A stretch of 62,509 nt of DNA, counting the filler, from Pirum gemmata (lineage: Eukaryota): NCBI GenBank assembly GCA_002812295.1. It is 30 parts of 30 records of this genome, joined end to end, with 100 filler letters (N's around TTAATTAATTAA, not from the genome) between each part and the next. Parts side by side here need not be neighbours in the genome. Positions count along the whole stretch, not along the records: positions 26,134 to 28,066 come from PDIN01010131.1; positions 28,167 to 31,367 come from PDIN01010132.1; positions 31,468 to 33,400 come from PDIN01010133.1; positions 33,501 to 35,432 come from PDIN01010134.1; positions 35,533 to 37,441 come from PDIN01010135.1; positions 37,542 to 39,473 come from PDIN01010136.1; 24 more parts are not named here. One strand, given 5' to 3'. The translations under genes were made by a program, and so were the position numbers. Numbering within the stretch: position 1 is the stretch's first letter; each line of letters opens with the position of its first letter. Below the pieces are notes generated by a model that saw only the letters and a list, made by a program, of their open reading frames with translations, had not been told where the DNA came from and ran no database searches. Of this stretch, positions 26,034-39,362 are shown piece after piece.

Positions 26034-27690
26034 NNNNNNNNNNNNNNNNNNNNNNNNNNNNNNNNNNNNNNNNNNNNTTAATTAATTAANNNNNNNNNNN
26101 NNNNNNNNNNNNNNNNNNNNNNNNNNNNNNNNNATAATAATAATATATGTATTCAATTAACAAAAAACACAATGGTATTAATTATTATTATTTATTATTA
26201 TTATTATTAATTATCTTATTATTATATATTATTATTAATATTATTATTATTCTATTATTATTCGTATCGTATTCTTATTATTATTCTTATGTATTATTAT
26301 TATTATTTTGACTATTGCTACCCTAATTTTTATTAGAAAACACTTGTCATTATTATGTATAATTATATCATAATTAATTAATGTATTATAACTCAAATAA
26401 CAAAACAAAACTAGGTAGCAAATACTTGTAAACAGTGTGGATTTAGATAAAGAAATTTAAAATGTATCTTTCTTCTTATCTCTTCTTTATTTTTTCGCTT
26501 TTTAATCACTGTATTAAAGTTCGAAGTGTTGAAACCGATGCTTTTCTTGGAATAAAAGGTTATTGTAATTCATCATAATTTTTATTATGATGCTAATATT
26601 ATTAAACTATTTTTTTATATCCATTATTTATCAATATCATTTATTATCTTTGTTATTATTGTGATTACTACCGTTTTCAGCTGTCATACGTAGGATAATA
26701 ATATTACTATTTGATTTTTACAATCGCGTTATCGTTACTTATTTAACCCTATTCAATATATCACTATCTTTATACCCGCAAGTTGTTTTTGCAAATAATA
26801 ATTATTATTATTTATATTGATTTTATAATTATCATTATCATTATCATTATCATTATGACTACATTGGATGTCATTGTCATTATCATTATCATTATCACTG
26901 TTATTATCATTATCATTACCAATAGTATTATCTTTATCATTATATATTATCATTATCATTATCATTATCATTATCATTATCATCATCATCATCATCATCA
27001 TCATATCATTATCATCATCATCATATCATTATCATCATTATTATTTTCGTCATTATCAAGTCATTGGTATTACCATACTATTCCCGTCATTATTATGTCA
27101 TTGGTATTACCATTATCAATAGCATTGGCATTATCATCATAATGGATAATTGCTACAATCATTATTATCAGTTTCGCTGTACATTATTATTGAAAATAAT
27201 ACGACTATATTATCATAATCATTATCATTATCTTATTACATTATTTTATATTATCATTATCATATTATCATTATCATTATCATTATCATTATCATTATCA
27301 TTATCATTATCATTATCATTATCATTATCATTATATCATTGCCATTGTCGTCATGATTATTAATATTAATATCAATATTAATATCAATATTAATATCAAT
27401 ATCAATGTTGTTATCATTATCAATATCAACATCATTACCTTTGTCATAATCATTATTGTATCATCATCATATCCGTCATTATTATGTCATTAGCATTAAC
27501 ATTGTTATTGTCATTATTATCATAAAGAATAATCATTATCATCATTATTATGTCATTAACATTATCAATGTCATTGGCATTATTATCACAATGAATAATC
27601 ACTATCATCATTATAATTATCATTAGCATTATCAATCAACGGAATAATTATAATCATTATTATTAAAAAGTGTATAAATATAATATCCAG

Positions 27691-27871
27691 GACGTTGTCA
27701 TGATATGAATGGCGATATTGTTGAGAATTGCCAGTACTCTATAAATACTGGTGGTTACAATAACAATTTACCTCCTACATCCGCTAATGATGATGATGAT
27801 GTTCTTGTTGATGATGATGTTGTTGATGATTATGATGATGATGATTATGAAGAACCTACGGCTTCCCTAAC
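27691..27871 (+). CDS. Candidate internal exon (RCHDMNGDIVENCQYS...EEPTASLT)
   Basis: CCAG acceptor, open frame, GTAATT donor. Confidence 0.45.
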
Positions 27872-28166
27872 GGTAATTTTTTTATAAGTTGCTTTTGAAT
27901 ACTATAATACTACGATACACCTACTTAAATGAAATAACATGTTTTCGTTTTAATTGTGAATTTATCGATATTATAGTTCGTAAATGTTGTTTAAAATTTA
28001 TTATTATTATATTGTTTTTATTTATATATTTATTATTCCAAAAACTTATTATTATTATTATTATTANNNNNNNNNNNNNNNNNNNNNNNNNNNNNNNNNN
28101 NNNNNNNNNNTTAATTAATTAANNNNNNNNNNNNNNNNNNNNNNNNNNNNNNNNNNNNNNNNNNNN

Positions 28167-28198
<32 letters not shown>

Positions 28199-28759
28199 AA
28201 AAAAACCAATGATGAATCGATGATTGATGAAAAAGCAAGACGCAGGGAATTCCATAATTTTGTGGCTCCCTGCACTTTCATCTATTAAACAATACTATTG
28301 AAAAACACGATAGACTGGGGACTAATAACAAAAATGATATTTATCAAGAGTAAATCATAATAATGATAACAATATCATTATTACAAAGACAACATTATAA
28401 ATAATAACCTCGAATAGTAACAGTAATTTAACAATAATAATAGTAACAACGTTAATATTAACATCCACAACCGCAACAACCACAATAATAATTATTATCA
28501 TATAACAAAAAAACAATATCAGATAGATGTACAACAACAAATTTAAACAACTAGCAACAAACAACAAACAATAAACAATAAATAATAATTTATATAATAA
28601 AAAACAAACAAAAAACAACAAACAATAAACAACATGTGTATGTATTATATTAATACAAAATAACAAACAACAAACAACAAAACAACAAAACAACAAACAA
28701 CAAATAACAAAAATTAATAAAAAATGACAAAGGTTAAATTTATAAATAATATAGACCTA

Positions 28760-28831
28760 GTGCTTTTCAGTTATTTTGTTGTCATAAACAATCAAATAAA
28801 TATTCGGAGTGAGAAAATAAATGAAAAGCAC
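28760..28831 (-). mobile_element. Internally deleted 72-bp MITE family A derivative in the Sar1 intron
   Basis: Both TIRs retained (GTGCTTTTCAG ... TGAAAAGCAC); the core is missing. Confidence 0.8.
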
Positions 28832-29056
28832 CGATAATATTATGATATTATCATAGACAAAAAAATAAACTAAATAGTAAAAAAAAAAAAAGATTATTAT
28901 TAGGTCAGGTAGGGGGGGCCGGATTTTTGTGACAGGCCATGACGCAGTAGGGGGGTAGGTTTTCGTAATATGACATAACGCAAAAAAAAAATACCCNAAG
29001 GTTAAGGTTAAGGTTAAGGTTAAGGTTAAGGTTAGGGTTAGGGTTAGGGAACTTAC

Positions 29057-29383
29057 AGTTAATTCTATTTGAGATTCTTGAAGACGAGCACGATCAGCTG
29101 AATCTACTAAATACACTACAGCATCAATATCAGGAAAGTAATCCCTCCAAATTTTCCTTGCCTGTTGGTGACCTCCTAAATCATATGTATTGAATTTGAT
29201 ATTTCCTATCGCTAATTCTTCCATTGTTGGATGGAGTGTAGGTACGTGTTGTGTGATATGGTTATTTTTCAAAAGGTGTAAAAGAGTAGTTTTTCCAGCA
29301 TTATCCAAACCCAAAAACACGATATTAGCGTTCTTCGAAGTGAAGAAGCTCATAAAATCCCAGAACCAATCTAGAATAAACAT
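29057..29383 (-). CDS. SAR1: Small GTPase Sar1, first coding exon (109 codons)
   Basis: [34 protein letters not shown] and DLGGHQQAR motifs; GTAAGT donor at 29056. Confidence 0.96.
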
Positions 29384-29529
29384 CCTAAGAACAATAATAC
29401 GAAATTATTATTAATAATAATAATCATTATTATTATTTATTATTTATTATTTAGTATTATTTATTATTTATTGATATTTATTATTATTATTTATTATTAT
29501 TTATTATTATTTATTATTTATTATTATTN

Positions 29530-29930
29530 TATTACTATAACGATTACTATTGCTATTACTTTTACTTTCGCTATGACTATGACTATGACTATGACTATGA
29601 CTATGACTATGACTATGACTATGACTATGACTATGAATATGACTATGACTATGACTATAACTATGACTATGACTATGACTATGACTATGACTATGACTAT
29701 GACTATTATTATTATTATTACTGTTACTATTACTATTACTATTACTATTAATTTTACTATTACTATTACTATTACTATTACTTTTGCTTTTACTATTACT
29801 ATTACTATTACTATTACTATTCCTATTACTATTACTATTACTATTACTATTACTATTACTATTACTATTACTATTACTATTACTATTACTATTACTATTA
29901 CTATTACTATTACTATTACTATTACTATTC
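29530..29930. repeat. (ACTATG)n grading into (ACTATT)n hexamer microsatellite
   Basis: Directly visible. Confidence 0.95.
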
Positions 29931-30306
29931 CAAACTAAAATAAAATAAACTAAACTATAATAGAATAAACTATATATATAGACCAAAACTAAAAAGCAAA
30001 CCAAAAAACAAACTAAAAACTAAAAACTAAAAACTAAAAACTAAAATCTAAAAACTAAAACTAAAACCAAAAACCAAAAAACCAAAAACCCAAAACCCAA
30101 AACCCAAAAACCAAAAACCAAAAACCAAAAACCAAAAACCAAAACCAGTAACCCTAACCCTAACCCAAAACTAAAAACTAAAAATAAATAGAAAAAAAAA
30201 AAGCACAAGCAGCAACAAATAAGATTAAATGTCAAAAACTTTCTAACCCTAACCCTAACCCTAATCCAAAACTAAAAACTAAAAACTAAAAACTAAAAAT
30301 AAATAG

Positions 30307-30966
30307 AAAAAAAAAAAGCACAAGCAGCAACAAATAAGAGTAAATGTCAAAAACTTTCGGTCAAAGAAATAGCCAAAATATTTGAGAATAATGAAATAAA
30401 CAACTTCAACAACTATAAGTTCAAACCCATTTCGAAAAAAAACACAACAACAACAATACAATATAACAATAACCTAAACCCCAACCACAACAACAATACC
30501 ACCAATAATATTGACAACAATCACAATAGTAGCCATAACACAACATCAACAATACAATATAATAATAACCTAAACCCCAACCACAACAACAATACCACCA
30601 ACAATATTGACAACAATCACAAAAGTAGCCATTACATAACAACAACAATACAATATAACAATAACCTAAATCCCAACCACAACAACAGTACCACCAACAA
30701 TATTGACAACAATCACAATAGTAGCCATAACACAACAACAACAATACAATATAACAATCACCTAAACCCCAACCACAACAACAATACCACCAACAATATT
30801 GACAACAATCACCACCAGAGTAACCATAACACAACAACAACATTACAATATAACAATAACCTAAACCCCAACCAAGACAATAATACCACCAACAATATTG
30901 ACAACAATCACAATGGTAGCCATAACAACAAAATAAATAACCAACACCTTAACAACAAAATAAACC

Positions 30967-31004
<38 letters not shown>

Positions 31005-31367
31005 ACCCGCCCTAACAACAACTTCAATAACCACCACAACAATCAAAATCATAACAACAGCAACTACAATAACAATGCAAATGCTAGTATGAATAATAGT
31101 CAATATAAAAGTAAAATAGAGTTAGGTTTGGATTTGTTTGAAAAGAAACCCCATAACAATAACGATAACAATAACAATAACAATAAAAAGCTAGATGAAA
31201 AAAATATACAAAATCATTCAAAACAGAAACAAGAACAAGAACAGGAGCTAGCAGGATTAAAATCTGAAATGAAACAATCCCAACAACAACAACAACAACC
31301 ACAACAGCAACAACAACACCAGCAGCAGCAGCAACAAAAACAAAAACAAAAACAAAAACAAAAACAA
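30307..31367 (+). CDS. Long exon of an N/Q-rich protein with five 32-aa tandem repeats (96 bp each)
   Basis: The + frame is open from 30303 to the scaffold end and includes the listed 31089 ORF: KLSVKEIAKIFE... then (NTTTTIQYNNNLNPNHNNNTTNNIDNNHNSSH)x5. Confidence 0.6.
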
Positions 31368-31517
31368 NNNNNNNNNNNNNNNNNNNNNNNNNNNNNNNNN
31401 NNNNNNNNNNNTTAATTAATTAANNNNNNNNNNNNNNNNNNNNNNNNNNNNNNNNNNNNNNNNNNNNACCTTTGTGGACAAATTTAATGATGTATTTCGT
31501 TTTCTTTGTTTTTATTA

Positions 31518-31552
<35 letters not shown>

Positions 31553-31560
31553 AATGCAAG

Positions 31561-31880
31561 GAGAAAAAAATTAATGAGATCTGGGAAGGTAAGTTAAGAA
31601 TTTTTTGTGAATATTCTCAATATAAAGAATTCAGATATAATCATATAAAGTGACCAGTAAAAAAATTTGACTTCTCTAAAGTAAGGAAAGCTTTTGACTC
31701 TATTGGGGCTGTAATAGCTGTTGTAATAGATGACAACAACCTCCGACGCTATAGGCTTAATTTAAAAGTTGAAAGTAAATTCGAAGAATATGAAAGTGAA
31801 GTAACTGAACAGTCTGAACTGTATTTAATATGTGAGAATGAGCATATCAATAGTAAAAAAAAGCTAAAAAAAAAAAGGAC
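31561..31880 (+). pseudogene. Coding-like fragment with one in-frame TGA (31651-31653)
   Basis: About 100 codons, EKKINEIWEGKLRIFCEY...HIK*PVKKFDFSKVRKAFDSIG..., otherwise open. A 28-nt exon 31561-31588 ending at GTAAGT is an alternative reading. Confidence 0.35.
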
Positions 31881-33866
31881 TCCAGCTATAGAGGACTCCA
31901 GGAAAAACTTTTAGAGACTAGCTAGCTCTAGCTAGAGCTAGGCCCCAGCCTCTACACTACTATTGATATCAGTATCATACTAGCTAGCTAGAATCTAGCT
32001 AGTCATAATGATCTAGCTATCGATAGCTAGCTAGCTAGCTATACTAGCTAGACCCTCTCTGTAGTCTCTCTGTAGACCCTCTCTACCTATGATAGCTAGT
32101 AGCTATCTATTTATTTATTTAAAAATGTCTATTTAAATATTATAACCCTCCAAATGAATATTCAGAGTGACAAAATAAATGAAAAGAACGATAACCCTAA
32201 CCCTATGTGATATATATAGACCCCCTTTATAATAATAGCAAAGTGACAAAATAAATGAAAAGAACGATTTATCATAATATATGTGATATATATATGATAT
32301 ATATAATGTGATATATATAGACCCCCTTTATAATAATAGTGGTATGATATATCCGATATAATATTTATATATTTTTATTAAAAATTAATATTATTAATAA
32401 TTAATTAAAATAACGTTAATAGTCTATTAATTATTATTATTAATTAAAATACATACTCTTGAGTATATGTACGGTACTGGGGAAATAAACGTACCAAATT
32501 ATTATTATATGGTTAAAGTATCAGACATGTTTTAATTAATTTTATTTAGTAAACAAGTTCAATTATACACTTATTTAAACAGTATCAAATTAAAGATTGA
32601 GAGGACAATTGAAAAGAAATAGACGATGGACCACATACTGGTACCCTGGCATTTAGTTTTAATAAAGCCATGAGACTTACTAATTATAATGTAGGTGTGA
32701 GCTCATAGTGAGCTCATGTTCTGTATTTCAGTTTTGAACAGGATAAAACGTTTTTTCAGTTTCCTAGCTAGTTTCAGTTTCTGAACTGGACAACAACACT
32801 ATTGAAAGGCACCTTAGTCTAACTTCCGACAGTCTTCCGACCCTACCTAATGTTAATTAAAAGCTTTCAGATTGCGATCTAAGCCATTTAAATGGAAATC
32901 CCGAAAAAGGATATTTCAAAAAGTGACGTCACTAATGAGTGTTCCCTTTTATTTTTAAAAAAATCCCAGGAAAAAAGTAATGAACATTGACTCAGTAGCT
33001 CAGTAGAAGCTTCAGTAGACCTAGCTACTAGCTAGAGTGCTACTAGCTAGCTACTAATGATGATGATGATAATGATGGTGGTGGTGGTGGTGGTGGTGAT
33101 ATCCTTTCTTCTTACCACTCCGATATAATTGGATTGCTTCCGCCCCACCTTCACACTATATGACATTAGTTTGTCAATCTGCGAAATTAACTTATTTTTA
33201 AATGTATTGTTATTGTTTTTAAAAACATCAAAATTAATTTTCATTTTTCTATTAATACCAAGTAACGATAGCATTAATTGTTCCCAACTCATCACCTCCA
33301 CAAGGTAACAGTGTCAAAGGATTCAACTTGCTTTACAGATAAATTGGAAGGTAATGATAATGATGATAATAATGATAATGATATTGATATAGTGATAATG
33401 NNNNNNNNNNNNNNNNNNNNNNNNNNNNNNNNNNNNNNNNNNNNTTAATTAATTAANNNNNNNNNNNNNNNNNNNNNNNNNNNNNNNNNNNNNNNNNNNN
33501 GTAATCTATATAATATATAGATATTATAATAATATATATCATGATCTATATTCATTTTATTGTAACGTCTATATAATATTAATATATATCATATATGATT
33601 ATAGTTACAGATAGTATATAGTTATAAATAGACCCGAGTCTATCATGTTACTGTCTATGTGATAACACTGTGATAACTATGATAATAATATTAAAAATTT
33701 TCCTTTTTTTTTTTTTCATTTCAGACTCAAAGCTACTAGAGTCTATAAATAACACTAGACCGGTCTAAATAACCCAAGGACTTTTTTAATTAAGTAGCTC
33801 TTTAAAAGTCCTTGAAATAGCTCTTGAAATTATTTATAATTTATTACAGTATCATAATATACTTAT

Positions 33867-34000
33867 AAAAACATTCATTAATGACGTCATCATAAACACT
33901 ACAGATCTTTTAATTAAGGTTTTACATTGCAATCTACGCCATTAAAATGACAATCTAGAAAAAGGTATGTTTAAACAGTACGTCATTAATGGATATTCCC
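33867..34000. mobile_element. Harbinger-like MITE (CATTAATGACGT TIR); related partial copy at 32852-32947
   Basis: Inverted pair CATTAATGACGT / ACGTCATTAATG ending in TTCCC; interior shared with 32852-32947. Confidence 0.6.
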
Positions 34001-34137
34001 TACAAATATAAGTAAATAAGTAGTATCAAGAGTTGATCGGTAGAGCAATCAAAAATTTTATAAGTCATTTTAGATATCTGATTTCTACTGAGTCTTGTTA
34101 CTGTCCTGTCTACTGCATATTTTTATTAGGCTATTAT

Positions 34138-34312
34138 TGTGTTTATTTTGTCACTCCGAATATTTATTAGGTTGTTTATAATATTTAAATTGATATACTT
34201 TTAAATAAATAAATATATAATAAAATATACCAAATTAAATGAAATGGATTTATATTGTACATTTGGTACTATTTATTGTATACTTTATGACGACAAAATA
34301 ACTGAAAAGCAC
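34138..34312 (+). mobile_element. MITE family A copy
   Basis: Conserved core and right TIR ACTGAAAAGCAC. Confidence 0.8.
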
Positions 34313-36083
34313 AATAAACTAATCTAATAATAAGAGTTAATAATATAATACAATAAGCGTTAATTAATACATCGATATCATTACAAAGAAACAAACATGA
34401 GTGGCTTTCTAATAAGAATATGAATATGATGTATTATTGATACATTAATTAATATTTTAAATTTGATGTATAAATAAAAAATATGGCTGTATATAATTTA
34501 CTTGTGAATAGTTATAAGCATATCTGACTAACTATCTGACTGTTCTGATATTTCTACTTAGTCCTGCCTACTGTATATAGGTGCATTATTATCCAATGTT
34601 AGGTTATAATTATTTATTATATATATTATATTATAAAATATATTATAGTCTAGAGTCTTTAAAAATAAATACAATATACATTATAGTTATAGGGTCCACC
34701 AGGAAACCCTAACTATCTTCAATCCTAAAACAACAAATAGGACGTCAGTATGATTAGATATAAACATTTGCCCAATAACTATTATAATATCACAATATCA
34801 ATATCGATACATCATTATGATGTTTTATTGATACATATCATATCGATATCATTATTCAGATCAACATTATCGATAAATTTTACAGTGTATAATACAGGAT
34901 ATAAAATTAATAGTAAACTACGATAGTTAGTTTTTTTTTTTTTAAACCGTGGTACTGAACTGGTCATCCTGGGAAACTCGAGAACTAGATACTCTAACAC
35001 AGACTTTCTACAACAAAAGAACAAATCTGAAAAATACAATTGCTAATCATCTATACTATATATTATGGCATTATTATGAGAAGTACAACAAGTTAAAACC
35101 GAACGATAATCAAACCATTAACTTATACAAAAGTACTATATGAAACAAGTCAACAAACTACAACTATAACTAACTATATAACTGTAACCTACCATAGAAA
35201 AAGGAAAACAAGACTTTTTTTTTATTTTTTATTTTTTATCGAGATGGAGTCAGATGGTTGCCATCGGATAATCATACTATCAATCATAGCTAGTTTAATT
35301 AATAGCAGCTAGCTGTAGTCTGTAGCTAGCTAGTAGGCTAAGCTAGCTACTAGGTGATAGTTTCTTGACTGTTTCTTGTTTCATTTTCAGATTTCAAATG
35401 ATAGAGTATGATAGACTACCGCGGTAAAAAATNNNNNNNNNNNNNNNNNNNNNNNNNNNNNNNNNNNNNNNNNNNNTTAATTAATTAANNNNNNNNNNNN
35501 NNNNNNNNNNNNNNNNNNNNNNNNNNNNNNNNTAGGGTTAGGTTAGGGTTAGGGTTAGGGTTAGGGTTAGGGTTAAGGTGAGGGTGAGGGTTAATTGATA
35601 AATAAATATTTAATATATGTCTTTTTTTCAAGGTTTTTAGCACAAAATCCTGATGATTAATGTTTTCTTTAGCTTTCTGTAGCCATCTTGATGTTATACA
35701 AAACGTATTTGGATATAATATATATAATTATATATATAATTATAGTAGTAGTATTAGTATTGGTATTGGTATTGGGTATTAGTATATTATTATTATTATT
35801 ATTATTATATTATAGTTATTTATTATTTGCGTTAATTATTTGGTTTAGTATTTGTATAATACTATTTACACACTATCTCTATTCGGGTTATTGGTATTAG
35901 TATTAGTATTAGTATGAATATTAGTTTATACGTATACGTATTAATATATATATTATTTTAATTCTTATTAAATGCTCGATTATTAATTCCACACGATCTT
36001 ACTTACTCTTTCTTAAGATTAAATAAAGCTCGAAAATTTCGATAATATAATTTATAGCTTAAATCTTTCTTAGATATTATATC

Positions 36084-36272
36084 GTGCTTTTCATTTAGTT
36101 TGTCATTCTGAATATTTATTTGGAGGGTTATAATCTTTAAATTGGCATTTTTAAATCAATACATATAGATAATAAAATATACCAAATAAAATCGAATGGA
36201 TTTATATTGTAGTAATTTGTTACTATTTATTATATATTAAATTTTTATGATGACAAAACAACTGAAAAGCAC
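36084..36272 (+). mobile_element. MITE family A, full-length reference copy (189 bp)
   Basis: 22-bp TIRs GTGCTTTTCATTTAGTTTGTCA and TGACAAAACAACTGAAAAGCAC. Other copies or fragments near 1, 16783, 22470, 32105, 39665, 39908, 53060, 54800, 54995, 55228 and 55597. Confidence 0.9.
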
Positions 36273-36464
36273 TATAAAGCTCGAAAAACTCGATAATATC
36301 AAGATACAATACATAACTCGAAACTTTATAACTCGAAATTATCTTCTAGGATTTCGAGTTTTATATAGAATATTATTATCATAGGGATTAAAATACATGG
36401 CTAGCACGGATGACGTCACAATATTATATTATACTTTTGTAGGGAAGAGGGGGTTTCTCGTATA

Positions 36465-36854
36465 AACAACGAAGATAACCGATTTGACTCGCTACATGCC
36501 ATTTTTACACCTACAGATACCAATTCCAACTCGATAGATTTGGCTCCAACTAAGACAACGTTTTGACTAGCTACATGTCATTTTTACACTTAACGATACC
36601 AATTCCAACTCGATAGATTTTACTCCAAAACTTTGTTTATGATATGTTTATAATATATATATAAGCAACGAAGATAACCGATTTGACTATCTACATGCGA
36701 TTTTTACACCTACAGATACCAATTCAAACTCGATAGATTTGGCTCCAACTAAGACAACGTTTTGACTAGCTACATGCCATTTTTACACCCACAGATACCA
36801 ATTCCAACTCAATAGATTTTACTCCAAAACTTTGTTTATGATAATATGTTTATA

Positions 36855-36891
<37 letters not shown>

Positions 36892-37070
36892 CATAAGCAA
36901 CGAAGATAACCGATTTGACTAGCTACATGCGATTTTTACACCTACAGATGCCAATTTCAACTCGATAGGTTTTACTCCAATTAAGACAGTTTTGACTAAT
37001 TATATGCCATTTTTACACCTACAGATACCAATTCCAACTCGATAGATTTTACTCTAAAACTTTGTTTATG
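36465..37070. repeat. Higher-order minisatellite: three blocks, each two ~70-80-bp monomers
   Basis: TTTGACT..CTACATG..ATTTTTACACCTACAGATACCAATTCCAACTCGATAGATTT occurs six times. Confidence 0.9.
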
Positions 37071-37090
37071 CTTATAATTAATTTATTAAT

Positions 37091-37331
37091 TTAACTACCA
37101 ACATTAACAGTGGGGACTGTGTCAGATTCAGAAACAGTTACTAAAATTATATTTCCGCATAATTTCGCTCGTTCCTCTGAGGACATTTTCAAACCGTAAG
37201 CATCGAAGTCTTGAATGGCTCGGTAAGCGATGGAAGTGGCTCCTTTAACCATTAACTCTCGAGCTTCAATCAAGGCATGAGCTTGTTGTTTTTTTAACAT
37301 AGCTGCCGCAATTTCGGGGGCATAATTTAAT
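37091..37331 (-). CDS. SPFH/band-7 family protein, last exon
   Basis: LNYAPEIAAAMLKKQQAHALIEAR...EERAKLCGNIILV...PTVNVGS* resembles the C-terminus of the YAPEIA-type SPFH subfamily; TATAG acceptor. Confidence 0.85.
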
Positions 37332-37842
37332 CTATAATGTTTGTATTATTTATTATTTATTATTTATTATTTATTATTTATTATATATTATATATTATAC
37401 ATTATTATTTATTTAATATTATTTATTGCTATTATTTATTGNNNNNNNNNNNNNNNNNNNNNNNNNNNNNNNNNNNNNNNNNNNNTTAATTAATTAANNN
37501 NNNNNNNNNNNNNNNNNNNNNNNNNNNNNNNNNNNNNNNNNAAAAAAAAAAAAAAAAAAAAAAAAGTTTCAAAAGTCATAACATTAGTACAACGGAAAAA
37601 AAAAAAAAAAAAAGACCTGGTGGCTATAATACATTACGCCTAAAAACTACCTACTTTTGAAAAAGTGACACAATTTTTTTCTGTTAGCTTGAACATTTCG
37701 AACATAATAAATTAATATGTGCGAAAAATCAAAAATAATTATTACTATGTTCGAAGATTCACACATAAATTAGATGCTCGAATATTGAACACGAATATAT
37801 TCGATTACATGTAAATACTTATTATTATTATTATTATTATTA

Positions 37843-37876
<34 letters not shown>

Positions 37877-38540
37877 GGGTAATAAGCTAAACTACCCTAA
37901 TCTCAACTTTTACCCAAACCTTAACCACAATATTAATCTTAACCATGGTATTAACATTAATAAGAATGCTCATAAGGTAAAGGCTAGGGAACCCTGCAAC
38001 AAGGTAGGGTTAAGATAACTTGGGCAGTACTGTTATCAAGGTTAATATACGCTTACAATTAGACAGAAAAAATAAAAACAAGCTTTTAAGGACAAACAGA
38101 GCTTTACCAGATAAAATAAAATTTTAGTAACTTTTATTATAATCACAATTTTTATTATACTTATATAGCCATTAAATAGTTTTAAAATTATTTTTTACTT
38201 TTCCTATAAGACAAATTAACTAAATGTAATAATTTTTATTATACTTATACAGCCATTACACAGTTTTAAAATTATTTTTTACTTTTCCTATAAGACAAAT
38301 TAACTATATGTAATACAATTAATTATAAACTATATCATGTCACAACAAATTATTAAAAGGTTTCCTTATAATAATATTACATCCTAAACTAAAAATATAA
38401 ACTTTTGCTTTTATAAAAAATCAACTACTACAGAAAGACGAAGAGCAACTTTTTGATGACACACTTAAGTTAGTATTCAAATTAGGAGTACAATTAATGC
38501 TTGGTTGATCGAAAATGTCGAGTTCACTGGAATTGGTAGG

Positions 38541-39362
38541 TTAATAAGTTGTAGCACAACTTGTATTCAATACATCAAAAGTGTTTACATTACTATGTTC
38601 GTTAGGGTAATCTTCAGGGCAACACAAATTAGAAGTGGGAACGTCAAGTGTAACATTGTTGGAATCTAAAGTTAAAATATTATTATAATTATTGTTATCA
38701 AAGATAGGGGATGGTAAAGGAGAAATAACTGGATTTTGTTCGTTTATACTGTAAGCACACTCCTTAGTACATTGACAGATAAACAATTTACTTTTTATAG
38801 TTTCATTTTCATCCTTAAAACTTTCATTTTGGTTTTCTAACGTTTTGATTCGTTTTAATTGCTTATCTAATTCTAATTGCATCTGCTCTTGTATTGCCAA
38901 CAGCTCAGTCTCTCTTTGACGCCTACGTTCCCGACTTTTTCTTGCACTGGCACGATTACTTTCCCGTAAATGTTGCACTTCTTCTTTACTCATTTCACAA
39001 ACTCTTTTTCTGTGTTTCTTTTGACTAGATTTCGTTATGGTTTTTGTTGTTGACGGTGTAGGAGATACTGTTTTACACTGTGTTGTTACTTGCGTTCTAT
39101 TCATGGTTGTATCTTCTGTTAAATATAATTTTAAATTTGAGATGTTATTACTATTATTACTACTATTACTACTATTACTATTACTATTTCTGTTATCACT
39201 ATCTTTATTATTGTTATTGTTAATTTTATTGATTATATTGAGTAATTGTGAATCAAAACTACTATTATTATCAAATCTGTCTACCATTTTATTTAAAGCA
39301 CTTTTATTTAAGTCAGTTTTATCAAAACCAAAGTTTGTAAATCTGTCACCAACACTATTCAT
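38541..39362 (-). CDS. bZIP transcription factor
   Basis: Basic region RESNRASARKSRERRR (N-x7-R) followed by a heptad zipper; intronless ORF from the ATG at 39362. Confidence 0.9.
   Translation of the reverse strand: MNSVGDRFTNFGFDKTDLNKSALNKMVDRFDNNSSFDSQLLNIINKINNNNNKDSDNRNSNSNSSNSSNNSNNISNLKLYLTEDTTMNRTQVTTQCKTVSPTPSTTKTITKSSQKKHRKRVCEMSKEEVQHLRESNRASARKSRERRRQRETELLAIQEQMQLELDKQLKRIKTLENQNESFKDENETIKSKLFICQCTKECAYSINEQNPVISPLPSPIFDNNNYNNILTLDSNNVTLDVPTSNLCCPEDYPNEHSNVNTFDVLNTSCATTY

Noticed and set aside
28757..29056. Long hydrophobic C-terminal extension of Sar1
   Set aside because: It is read-through into an intron that starts GTAAGT and contains repeats and a MITE.
30421..30843. Cys/Trp-rich repeat protein on the minus strand
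   Set aside because: It is the antisense shadow of the longer N-rich frame on the + strand.
34949..35143. Possible LINE ORF2 3' remnant
   Set aside because: Only a vague YILW-like similarity; no RT or endonuclease motif is visible.
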